DNA of 64,000 nucleotides, taken from Myxococcota bacterium. GTDB lineage: Bacteria; Myxococcota_A; UBA796; UBA9615; JAKLKC01. Positions 7,701 to 15,932 of this stretch are shown here, one piece after another. The translations under genes were made by a program, and so were the position numbers. Below the pieces are notes generated by a model. The model searched no databases. It saw only the letters and a program-made list of their open reading frames with translations, and was not told the origin of the DNA. Location: assembly GCA_023150875.1 (NCBI GenBank), contig JAKLKC010000024.1, positions 9,119 through 73,118 of the forward strand, read 5' to 3'. Every line of letters starts with the position of its first letter. Position 1 is the first letter of the stretch.

Positions 7701-9212
7701 TCAGCCCCCGCCACCCCCGAACCGCTCCCGGAGCGTCGCCTTGGTCACCTTCCCCATGGCGTTCCGGGGGAGGTCCGACAGGAAGTGCAGTGTTTTCGGG
7801 ACCTTGAAGCCTGCCAGGCGGGTCCTGAGGTGGGAGATCAGCTCCTCCCCGGAGGGGGACCACCCGGGTTGGAGCACCACGGCGGCCGCGACGGCCTCGC
7901 CGAAGTCGGGGTGGGGGACGCCAAAGACCGCTGACTCCGCCACCCCGGGCAGGGCGTCCAGGGCGTCCTCGACCTCCTTGGGGTAGACGTTGAGGCCGCC
8001 GGTGATGACCAGGTCCTTGGCCCGCCCCGAGAGGGTGACGTACCCGTCCTCTCCCGCCGTGCCGGTGTCGCCGGTGCGGAACCACCCGTCCCCGGCGAAC
8101 TCCGCCCGGGTGCGCTCCGGGAGGCGCCAGTAGCCGGGGAAGACGCCGTCTCCCCGCACCTGGACGTGCCCGACCTGCCCCGCCGGCAGGGGGAGGTCCT
8201 CGCCGTCCACGATCCGCAGCCCGACCCCGGGCAGGGGGCGGCCGACGCTCCCGGGGCGGCGCTCGCCCCGGACCGGGTTGGAGCAGAGCATCCCCGTCTC
8301 GGTCATGCCGTAGCGCTCCAGCACGGCGTGGCCGGTGCGCTCGCGGAACGCGCGGAAGGTGTCCGGCAGGAGGGGCGCCGAGCCGGCGAAGAAGAGGCGC
8401 ATGCCGGCGCACGCCTCCCGCCCCAGCCCGGGTTCCGCCAGCAGGCGCGTGTAGTAGGTGGGGACCCCCATGAACACCGTCGCCCGGGGGAGCAGGGCCA
8501 GGACCCGGGGGGGCTCGAAGCGGGGCTCGAAGAGGATCGGCGCCCCCGAGAGCAGGGCGCAGTGGGTGGCGACGAAGAGCCCGTGGACGTGGAAGATCGG
8601 CAGGGCGTGGAGGAGGACGTCCCCCTCCCCGAACTCCCAGGCCCCCACCAGGACCGTGGCGTTGGAGGCGAGGTTCCGGTGGGTGAGCATCGCCCCCTTG
8701 GGCCGCCCGGTGGTGCCCGAGGTGTACAGCAGGGCCGCGAGGTCGCTCCCCTCCCGGGGGACGACGGGGGCGCGGGCGGGGCGGGCCCGGGCCTCGGTGA
8801 CCAGGGAGCCGGCGCCGTCCCGGCCGAGGGTGAACCGCCTCGCCCCCGGGGCGATCCCCGCCAGCTCCCCCTCCCGCTCGGGGGCGCATACCCACGCCCG
8901 GGGCTCGGCGTCCCCCAGGAAGAAGGCCAGCTCGTCCCGGGTGTAGGCGGGGTTCAGGGGCATCCACACCAGGCCGGCGCGGATCGCCCCCAGGTACAGC
9001 GCAACGGCCTCCGGGCTCTTGTCCACCTGGGCGGCGACCCGATCGCCGGGCTCCAGGCCGGCGTCCAGCAGCAGCCGGGCGATCCGCGCCGACTCGGCCA
9101 GCAGCTCGCCCCCCGCCACGGTCCCGCCCCCGGGGAGCACCAGGACGGGGGCGTCCGGGACGGTGGCCAGGCGGTCGGCGAGGAGGGCGTAGAGGTTGTC
9201 TCGGGCGTCCAT
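7701..9212 (-). CDS. AMP-dependent synthetase/ligase (acyl- or malonyl-CoA synthetase family).
   Basis: LLYTSGTTGRPKGAMLTHRNL is the AMP-binding box. YGMTETG, WFRTGDTG and LPRNAMGKVTK are the adenylate-forming enzyme motifs. Start ATG at 9212 (MDARDNLYALL). Confidence 0.85.
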   Translation of the reverse strand: MDARDNLYALLADRLATVPDAPVLVLPGGGTVAGGELLAESARIARLLLDAGLEPGDRVAAQVDKSPEAVALYLGAIRAGLVWMPLNPAYTRDELAFFLGDAEPRAWVCAPEREGELAGIAPGARRFTLGRDGAGSLVTEARARPARAPVVPREGSDLAALLYTSGTTGRPKGAMLTHRNLASNATVLVGAWEFGEGDVLLHALPIFHVHGLFVATHCALLSGAPILFEPRFEPPRVLALLPRATVFMGVPTYYTRLLAEPGLGREACAGMRLFFAGSAPLLPDTFRAFRERTGHAVLERYGMTETGMLCSNPVRGERRPGSVGRPLPGVGLRIVDGEDLPLPAGQVGHVQVRGDGVFPGYWRLPERTRAEFAGDGWFRTGDTGTAGEDGYVTLSGRAKDLVITGGLNVYPKEVEDALDALPGVAESAVFGVPHPDFGEAVAAAVVLQPGWSPSGEELISHLRTRLAGFKVPKTLHFLSDLPRNAMGKVTKATLRERFGGGGG

Positions 9213-9268
9213 GGCCGGGCCAGGATAGTCGGTCCGGCCCGGGGCCGCGAGGGGCCGGGCGTCCCCGC

Positions 9269-9628
9269 TCAAGCCGGGCCCGCCCGCACCACATCGAGCA
9301 TCGCCCCCACCACCTCGCCGACGTCGAGCGCCGTCGAGTCGATGCGCACCGCGTCATGCGCGGGGCGGAGGGGGGCGACGTCCCGCGTCGAGTCCTGGAG
9401 GTCCCGCTGGCGGATGTCCGCGGTGACCGCGGCCAGGGAGCGCCGCTCGCCCCGGGCCTGGAGGTCGCGCAGCCGGCGCCGCCCCCGCTCCTCCGCCAGC
9501 GGCTCCAGGTAGATGTAGCCCAGCGCCCCGGCGAGCGCCTGGGCGACCGTGCTCTTCACGTCGGAGTCGGGGCCCGCCCGAGGCGAGGCGGGGGGGGCCG
9601 GTGTCGTTGCCCGGCCCGTCGCCTGTGG
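9269..9628 (-). pseudogene. cmk: Cytidylate kinase (cmk) remnant. The P-loop is degenerate and has no start codon. The central NMP-binding part is missing, so about 100 aa are absent in frame.
   Basis: The frame reads ...RAGPDSDVKSTVAQALAGALGYIYLE then RGRRRLRDLQARGERRSLAAVTADIRQRDLQDSTRDVAPLRPAHDAVRIDSTALDVGEVVGAMLDVV. Real Cmk reads GPAGSGKSTVAK...LG...LDSG then about 100 aa then EERAxRR...R...ApL...DAxxIDST. The P-loop Gly is replaced (GPDSDVK). The first in-frame start is GTG at 9559, which lies after the P-loop remnant. Confidence 0.5.
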
Positions 9629-9653
9629 CTACAATGGCCGCAGGAGGTGCATC

Positions 9654-9941
9654 GTGTCCGTCGTCAGCACCCGTGTCCTGAAGGATCGTCTGTCGCACTA
9701 CCTGCATCGGGCCGAAGCCGGGGAGCGCATCGTCGTCCTGCGCGATGGTCGCCCGGTGGTGGCGCTCGTTGCCGCGGACCGGCTCCCGGAGCCGGACGAC
9801 GACGCCATCCTTGCCGACCTTGCGGCCGAGGGCCTGGTGGAGCTGCCGGTGGCGGGGAGCGCCAGGGGTTTCGCCGGACCGGTGCTGCCGGATGACGGAC
9901 TCCGGCCCCTGTCCATGACCGTGATCGAGGACCGGACCTGA
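9654..9941 (+). CDS. vapB: Type II antitoxin, Phd/YefM or VapB-like.
   Basis: GTG start with AGGAGG 5 nt upstream. The N-terminus SVVSTRVLKDRLSHYLHRAEAGERIVVLRDGRPVVALV is the Phd/YefM antitoxin fold signature. The stop overlaps the vapC start by 1 nt (TGATG). Confidence 0.7.
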   Translation: MSVVSTRVLKDRLSHYLHRAEAGERIVVLRDGRPVVALVAADRLPEPDDDAILADLAAEGLVELPVAGSARGFAGPVLPDDGLRPLSMTVIEDRT

Positions 9942-10384
9942 TGTTGTTCGCGGACACGAGCGCCCTGGTGAAGCTGTACGTTGCCGAGGCGGGGTCCGAG
10001 CAGATGCGTGCGTGGACGGATGGCCAGTCCGTAGCGGTCAGCGTACTCGCGTACGCCGAGGCGCACGCGGCGTTCGCGCGCCACCGGCGCGAGGGGCGGT
10101 GGGACGATCAGGCTCACCAGCAGCTTGCCGGCCAGTTCGACGCAGAGTGGTCCGGGCTCGTCCGGGTGCCCCTCGCGGATGCCACCCTTTCCACCATCCC
10201 CGCGCTGTGTGCGAGGCACCCCCTTCGCGCGGGGGACGCGGTCCAGCTTGCCAGTGCGCTGGTGCTCTCCGCGCGCGGGCTCCCGGTGACGTTCGCGAGC
10301 GCCGACGCGCGCTTGCTTGCAGCGGCACGAGGCGAGTCGCTGGCGGTCCGGGATCCGTGTGCACAGGTGTTGCCAGCGCGGTAA
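9941..10384 (+). CDS. vapC: PIN-domain toxin VapC.
   Basis: MLFADTSALVKLYVAEAGSE is a PIN N-terminus with a conserved Asp. An acidic residue pattern follows later. The gene is coupled to the upstream antitoxin. Confidence 0.75.
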   Translation: MLFADTSALVKLYVAEAGSEQMRAWTDGQSVAVSVLAYAEAHAAFARHRREGRWDDQAHQQLAGQFDAEWSGLVRVPLADATLSTIPALCARHPLRAGDAVQLASALVLSARGLPVTFASADARLLAAARGESLAVRDPCAQVLPAR

Positions 10385-10524
10385 TCGAGGCGCGCGGGCG
10401 GCGGCGACCGGTCCTCGGCCATCGACGTCCTCGTCGTGCACACGCCTGACCGAACCACGCCTCGTCGGTCCCCCGCTCAAGCCAGGCCCGCCCGCGCCGA
10501 TGAGGGGCCGACGAGGGCCTTCCG

Positions 10525-13500
10525 ATGCGCGTCCACCCCGTGTCCCCGGCGGTGCCGGGGCGTCGCTCCGCATTCCGCATCGCGGTCGCCGCCGCGTCCG
10601 CGCTCCTCGCGTTCCGGGGCGGTGAAGCGGTCGCGGTCCAGGCGTACCTGGAGGACCCCACGGCCTACGGGGACGCCGCGGCGGCGGTGCCCCGGGGGAT
10701 CGAGCAGGCGGTGGGCTTCGAGGAGCCCGACGTCTCCCTCGGCCAGGTCCTCACCACCCAGTACACCGCCCGGGGCGTGACGTTCGCGGGCAGCCGGTCG
10801 TTGCGGATCGTCGACAACGTCGAGGAGAGCTGGCCCCGGGGGCTCCTGGCCGCCGGCATCGACTTCGGCGCGGGGACCAGCGAGATCCGCATCGCCTTCC
10901 TCGTCGATCCCCAGCACGCGGTCTCGCTGTACGTGCTGGACGTGAACCAGCTCGTCGTCGAGGGGTGGGCGGGCGGCGTGGTGGTGGAGAGCGCCACGGT
11001 CTCCCCCGGCGCCGAGGACCTGCCCTCGGGACGCTTCCTGGGGCTGGTGTTCGACGGCCCCGTCGAGGAGGTGGTCCTCCGCTCCGCCACCGTCTCCGAC
11101 GGCTTCGGCATCGACGACCTCGCCTTCGCCGAGCCCGGGACCATCGACAACGACGGGGACGGCCAGACCGACGCCGAGGGCGACTGCGACGACCTGGACG
11201 CCGCGGTGGACGGGGTCGACGGGGACGGGGACGGCGTCACCTCCTGCGACGGGGACTGCGACGACGCCGATCCCTCGGTCCATTCCGGCGCGGTGGAGGC
11301 CTGTGACGGCCGGGACGACGACTGCGACGGCCAGGTGGACGAGGGGTTCGACGCCGACCTGGACGGGTACACCACCTGCGCGGGCGACTGCGACGACACC
11401 CGGGCCACCGTTCGCCCCGGGGCGGTGGAGACGTGCAACGACCGGGACGACGACTGCGACGGCGCGGTGGACGAGGGGTTCGACGCCGACGGCGACGGGT
11501 CCACCACCTGCGGCGGCGACTGCGACGACGGCCAGGCGTCCCGCCACCCCGGCGCCCCCGAGGCGTGCGACGGGGTGGACCAGGACTGCGATGGGCAGGT
11601 GGACGAGGACTTCGACGCCGATGGCGACGGCCACCGGACCTGCGACGGGGACTGCGACGACGGCCGGGCGGACGTGAACCCCGGCGCCGCCGAGACCTGC
11701 GACGGCGCCGACCAGGACTGCGACGGAGAGGTGGACGAGGGCTTCGACGGCGACGGAGACGGCTTCGCCGCCTGCGACGACTGCGACGACGCCGATCCCG
11801 CGGCGCACCCCGGCGCGGCCGAGGCGTGCGACGGGCTGGACCAGGACTGCGACGGCCTGGTGGACGAGGACTTCGACCAGGACGGCGACGGCGCGACCTC
11901 CTGCGACGGGGACTGCGACGACACGGACCCGTGGATCGCCCCCGGCGCCTACGACGCGTGCGGCGACGGGGTCGACGGGGACTGCGACGGGACCGTGGAC
12001 GACGGCCGGGCCGAGGAGTGCAATGGCCTGGACGACGACTGCGACGGCCTCGCCGACGAGGACTTCGACGCCGACGGGGACGGCTTCACCACCTGCGAGG
12101 GGGACTGCGACGACGCCTCCCCCACCACCTGGCCCGGCGCGGAGGAGCTGTGCGACGGGGTGGACCAGGACTGCGACGGCGACGTGTCGGAGGAGGTCGA
12201 CGGGGACCAGGACGGCCAGGCCCCCTGCGGGGGGGACTGCGACGACGCCACCGCCGGGATCGGCCCGGGACGGTTGGAGATCTGCGACGGGGAGGACCAG
12301 GACTGCGACGGCCGGGTGGACGAGGGCTGTGTCGACACCGGCGAGCTGACCGCCACCTACGAGCTCCGGGGGGGCGGCTGCCTGTGCGCGGGGGCCGGGG
12401 CGGGCGCGACGCCCCCTCCGGCGGCGGCGCTGGCGGCGGCCCTGCTGGGGCTGGCGGGGGCGAGGCGGCGGCGGGGGAGGGCCGGGACCCGCGCCGCGGG
12501 CGTGTGGGGGGCCGCGGCCCTGGCCCTGGCGCCCTCGGCGGCGGCCGCCGGGGAGGACGAGGGACCCGACCGGGGCCTCCCCTCGGAGCGCATGGAGCTC
12601 CCCATCGACGGGGGCCCCTTCGCGGTGGGGGAGGCGGCGGAGATCCTGGAGCCCCTGGAGGTCCGGGCGGCGCTGCTGGTCCACTACAGCCACGCGCCCC
12701 TGGTCTCCTGGGACGCCGTGGCGGAGGAGGAGCGGGAGGTCGTGGCCCACCGGGTCGGGGCCGACCTGGCGGCGGGGATCGGCCTGGCCCCCTTCGCCTC
12801 CCTGGGGATGCGGCTGCCGGTGACCCTGTGGCAGGCGGGGACCGATCCCGACTCCCTGGAGTCCCTGTCGGGGGCGGGGATCGGGGACCTCTGCATCGCG
12901 GGGCGCTTCCGGCTGCTGGAGCAGGGGCGCGCGCCCATCGGCCTGGCGGTGGGGGTGCCCCTGACGGTCCCCACCGGCAACGAGGGGGGGTGGCTGGGGG
13001 AGGCGGGTCCAAGCTTCTCGCCCCAGGTGACGGTGGACCGGCGGGCGGGGAGGCTGCGGGTGGCGGGCACCCTGGGGGCGAGGCTCCGGGCGCCGGAACA
13101 GGTGGGCACGGTGACCCTGGGCCCCGAGCTGCTCTACCGGGCGGGGCTGGCGGTGGACCTGGCGCGGGGGCTGACGGTGGCCACCGAGGTCGCCGGGGCG
13201 GTGGGGGGCGCCGCCGACAACAGCCCCCTGGAGTGGCTGACGACCCTCGCCTGGACGCACCCCCGGGGCGTGGAGGCGGCGGCGGGGGCGGGCTTCGGCG
13301 TACTGCCCGGGTTCGGCACCCCCGACGTCCGGATCTACGCCCGGGTCGCGTGGAACGTGCCGGTGGGACGGCGGCCCGCGAGCCCCCGCGCCCCCGTGGT
13401 CCTGGAGGAGGGGGCGGAGGGCGCGGAGGTCGCGGCGACGGCGGTGGCGCTGGTGAAGGAGAGGCGGCTGCTCCTCGCCGACGCCGTGCGGTTCGACGTG

Positions 13501-13860
13501 GGGCGCTCCGCCATCGAGGCGTCGTTCCGTCCGGCGCTGCTGGCGGTGGCCCGGTGGCTGGGCGCCCACCCCGAGGTGGCCCGCCTGAGGATCGAGGGAC
13601 ACGCCGACCACGTGGGGACCGACGCCTACAACCTGGACCTCTCCCGGAGGCGGGCCTCGGCGGTGCGGGAGTTCCTGGTGCGGGAGGGCCGCGTGGACCC
13701 CCTCCGCCTGGAGGCCCGGGCGTTCGGCGAGGGACGCCCCGCGGCGTCCAACGGCACCGAGGAGGGGAGGGCGGTCAACCGGCGCGTGGAGTTCTTCGCC
13801 TCCGCCCCGCCGCCCGAGCCCGCGCCGACTGCCCACGCCGGGGACGACGGGGGCGGCTGA
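10525..13860 (+). CDS. Secreted Cys-rich repeat protein (MopE-like putative metal-binding motif, about 11 repeats) with a C-terminal OmpA/MotB peptidoglycan-binding domain. 1111 aa.
   Basis: Signal peptide MRVHPVSPAVPGRRSAFRIAVAAASALLAF. The repeat unit DGDGxTTCxGDCDDxxAxxxPGAxExCDGxDxDCDGxVDEGFD recurs. The C-terminus NLDLSRRRASAVREFLVREG...NRRVEF is the OmpA-C signature. Confidence 0.75.
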   Translation: MRVHPVSPAVPGRRSAFRIAVAAASALLAFRGGEAVAVQAYLEDPTAYGDAAAAVPRGIEQAVGFEEPDVSLGQVLTTQYTARGVTFAGSRSLRIVDNVEESWPRGLLAAGIDFGAGTSEIRIAFLVDPQHAVSLYVLDVNQLVVEGWAGGVVVESATVSPGAEDLPSGRFLGLVFDGPVEEVVLRSATVSDGFGIDDLAFAEPGTIDNDGDGQTDAEGDCDDLDAAVDGVDGDGDGVTSCDGDCDDADPSVHSGAVEACDGRDDDCDGQVDEGFDADLDGYTTCAGDCDDTRATVRPGAVETCNDRDDDCDGAVDEGFDADGDGSTTCGGDCDDGQASRHPGAPEACDGVDQDCDGQVDEDFDADGDGHRTCDGDCDDGRADVNPGAAETCDGADQDCDGEVDEGFDGDGDGFAACDDCDDADPAAHPGAAEACDGLDQDCDGLVDEDFDQDGDGATSCDGDCDDTDPWIAPGAYDACGDGVDGDCDGTVDDGRAEECNGLDDDCDGLADEDFDADGDGFTTCEGDCDDASPTTWPGAEELCDGVDQDCDGDVSEEVDGDQDGQAPCGGDCDDATAGIGPGRLEICDGEDQDCDGRVDEGCVDTGELTATYELRGGGCLCAGAGAGATPPPAAALAAALLGLAGARRRRGRAGTRAAGVWGAAALALAPSAAAAGEDEGPDRGLPSERMELPIDGGPFAVGEAAEILEPLEVRAALLVHYSHAPLVSWDAVAEEEREVVAHRVGADLAAGIGLAPFASLGMRLPVTLWQAGTDPDSLESLSGAGIGDLCIAGRFRLLEQGRAPIGLAVGVPLTVPTGNEGGWLGEAGPSFSPQVTVDRRAGRLRVAGTLGARLRAPEQVGTVTLGPELLYRAGLAVDLARGLTVATEVAGAVGGAADNSPLEWLTTLAWTHPRGVEAAAGAGFGVLPGFGTPDVRIYARVAWNVPVGRRPASPRAPVVLEEGAEGAEVAATAVALVKERRLLLADAVRFDVGRSAIEASFRPALLAVARWLGAHPEVARLRIEGHADHVGTDAYNLDLSRRRASAVREFLVREGRVDPLRLEARAFGEGRPAASNGTEEGRAVNRRVEFFASAPPPEPAPTAHAGDDGGG
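11150..12330. repeat. Tandem repeats of about 105 nt, imperfect, encoding the Cys-rich MopE-like motif.
   Basis: GACGGCGAC...TGCGACGACGCC...GAGGCGTGCGAC...GACTGCGACGGC units recur about 11 times at the protein level. Confidence 0.6.
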
Positions 13861-13871
13861 CGGCGGACCCA

Positions 13872-14807
13872 CTACTCCCCGTTGATCCGTCCCTCCCCGA
13901 GGCGGCGCCGGATGGACGCCCACCCGGACCGCAGGCGGCTCCCGGCGGTCGCGTCCCGGGGGGCGAGAAGGGCGGCGGGATCGAGGAGGGGGTAGAGGCG
14001 GTCCGCCAGGCGGATCCCCACCGCGGAGAACGCCATCCCGGCGAAGATGTCGATGGCGTAGTGGTAGCGGCAGTACACGGTCGAGACCGTCACCCCCAGC
14101 GTGAACGGCAGGCAGACCCAGGCGTAGCGCCGGTCGTAGGCCCGCAGCGAGGCCCAGCAGGTCCACGCCACGGCGACGTGGGAGCTGGGGAAGGCGCCGC
14201 CGAAGTGGTGGGTCTTCGCGTAGATGTAGTCCATGACCGCGACGAAGGGCGTGGCCTGTAGGTAGTCGTCGCCCCGCAGGGCGTGGGGACCCGCCACCGG
14301 GAGCGCGATGTAGACCAGGGAGGCCATGATCCACACCACCGCGAGGCGGATCTGCAGGCGGTAGAGGGCGGGGTGGCTCCGCAGCTCCAAGGCGAGGGCC
14401 GAGCCCGCGATGATGGGGAAGTAGCTGAAGTAGAAGAGGTGCATGGCCTCGTTGAACCAGGGCCACGGGAGCGCCTCCCGCATCCACCACGCCGGCTCGA
14501 CGCCGAGGAACAGCCGCCTCTCGAACTCCCGGAACTCCGGGTCCAGGAACACGGGGTGCAGCAGCCCGCTCAGGCGGCAGATGTCCAGGAACGCCTGGGG
14601 CATCAGGAAGAAGCCGTAGTTCCGGCGGAGCAGGCGGAGGGGGCCCGGGAGCCGGTCGTAGGTGGCCGCCAGCAGCACGATCCCCCCCGCCACCAGCAGG
14701 TAGCCCACCACCGAGCTCCCCACCACCGCGGTCGGCGGGACCACGAAGGAGTGCACGCCGGCGAGGAACACGCACCAGCCGACGATGAGGAGGTCAATCG
14801 GTCCCAT
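13872..14807 (-). CDS. PAP2-superfamily membrane phosphatase.
   Basis: FPSSHVAVAW (PSGH-like) and CRYHYAIDIFAG (SRxxxxxHxxxD) are the PAP2 motifs. Several TM helices. Start ATG at 14807 (MGPIDLLIVGW) with GGGGGAA upstream. Confidence 0.75.
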   Translation of the reverse strand: MGPIDLLIVGWCVFLAGVHSFVVPPTAVVGSSVVGYLLVAGGIVLLAATYDRLPGPLRLLRRNYGFFLMPQAFLDICRLSGLLHPVFLDPEFREFERRLFLGVEPAWWMREALPWPWFNEAMHLFYFSYFPIIAGSALALELRSHPALYRLQIRLAVVWIMASLVYIALPVAGPHALRGDDYLQATPFVAVMDYIYAKTHHFGGAFPSSHVAVAWTCWASLRAYDRRYAWVCLPFTLGVTVSTVYCRYHYAIDIFAGMAFSAVGIRLADRLYPLLDPAALLAPRDATAGSRLRSGWASIRRRLGEGRINGE

Positions 14808-15224
14808 CGGGATTCCCCCGTCAGGTCCGGCCGTAGCCCAGCAATCATCGGGCCAGGGGGCCGGCGGGCCGGGCCGGCGGTGGCCGGCGGGCACAGGCGG
14901 GTTCTATGACAATTCGGGGGCGTTTTAAAGACTCCGGCGCCCCCCGTCCACCCCCGGGGGAGTGGAAGGGCCCCGCCCGTTCCCGGAGCGCCCCCCCGCG
15001 GGGCCGGCTCCGTTCCCGGGGGGAGCGCGGAGGGGACCCCGTCTTCGGCGTTGACACCCCTCGCCCCGGGCGCGATCATCGCGCCGCGCGCGGTCGCGAC
15101 GGCCGCCGCGATCCGCCCCGAGGGGGGGCATCCGTCCGTTCATCCGAGTCCGGCACCCGAGCCCACCGGCGCGATGGCGCGCGCGGCGGGCCCGCGGCCG
15201 TCCGGACCCCAAGGGAGGCCGCTC

Positions 15225-15932
15225 ATGCGCCGCAAGCTCTTCGCGTCACTGTCGTTCGCCGCGTGCCTGGTCGCGGTCCCCGCGGTCGTCATGGCCGGCT
15301 TCCCCCGCCCGCCGGTGCCCGGCGGGTCCGGTGGGGGCACGGGGATCCAGGCGGTCCTGGACCTGGGCGAGGGGATCTCGTTCCGGTTCTACGTGGCCGC
15401 CCGCGCCGCCATCCGCGCCGAGTTCGTGCTGATGGAGGCCGCCGGCCTCGCCGAGAAGGTGGCGGTCCTCGAGAAGAAGCTCTCGAACATCGAGAACTCC
15501 TCCGACGACGTCGAGAAGGCCGCGGTCGCCGGCGAGGTGATGAGCGAGACCGACAAGCTCGCCGAGGAGTCCCGCCAGGCCCTCGCCAAGAAGGAGAGCC
15601 TCTCCGACGACGAGAAGGAGCAGATCCGCAGGGCCGACCAGCTCCACTTCTGGGCGGGGCTCAACCTCGCCGCCATCGGGCTCGACATCGCCGCGGCGTC
15701 GGTGAAGGTGACCAACGCCATGCTCCACGCCAACCCCATCGCCGAGGCCACCCAGCTCGGCAAGCTCAAGCGGATCGACAAGGCGTTCAAGACCGCCGAG
15801 TCGAACCGCAAGGCGTTCGAGTCCTCCAAGAAGCGCAACGACGAGCTGATGGACCAGATCTACAAGGCCCACCAGATCGAGAAGCCCGACATGGCCTCCG
15901 TGAAGGCCGAGGACAAGGAGCCCGAGCTGTGA
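15225..15932 (+). CDS. Secreted coiled-coil protein of unknown function (235 aa). First gene of a three-gene secreted-protein operon.
   Basis: ATG with AAGGGAGG 6 nt upstream. Signal peptide MRRKLFASLSFAACLVAVPAVVMA. Lys/Glu-rich helical remainder. GC is lower than the surroundings. Confidence 0.55.
   Translation: MRRKLFASLSFAACLVAVPAVVMAGFPRPPVPGGSGGGTGIQAVLDLGEGISFRFYVAARAAIRAEFVLMEAAGLAEKVAVLEKKLSNIENSSDDVEKAAVAGEVMSETDKLAEESRQALAKKESLSDDEKEQIRRADQLHFWAGLNLAAIGLDIAAASVKVTNAMLHANPIAEATQLGKLKRIDKAFKTAESNRKAFESSKKRNDELMDQIYKAHQIEKPDMASVKAEDKEPEL

Noticed and set aside
9269-9559. Calling the 96-aa Cmk-like ORF a functional cytidylate kinase.
   Set aside because: It lacks an intact Walker-A motif and the entire NMP-binding core. 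It is better treated as a remnant or pseudogene.
10477-14775. A 1432-aa ORF antisense to the OmpA/MopE-repeat gene, plus many similar long ORFs elsewhere. Examples are 568..1764, 1761..3299, 1993..3471, 2891..5386, 5464..6669, 15860..17497, 17425..20382, 21927..25139, 24037..25704, 28168..30075, 32066..36295, 38283..39296, 39293..41431, 43140..46766, 48606..50477, 52527..56579 and 61763..63913.
   Set aside because: They are Arg/Pro/Gly-rich low-complexity translations with no motifs. Each lies antisense to, or out of frame with, a gene that has clear domain signatures. They are the expected artefacts of codons 70-75% GC and the absence of stop codons.
14808-15224. A sigma-54 or sigma-28 promoter in the divergent region upstream of the secreted-protein operon (around GGCACAGGCGGGTTCT and TAAAG).
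   Set aside because: The matches to TGGCAC-N5-TTGC and TAAA-N15-GCCGATAA are poor. I cannot call them from sequence alone.
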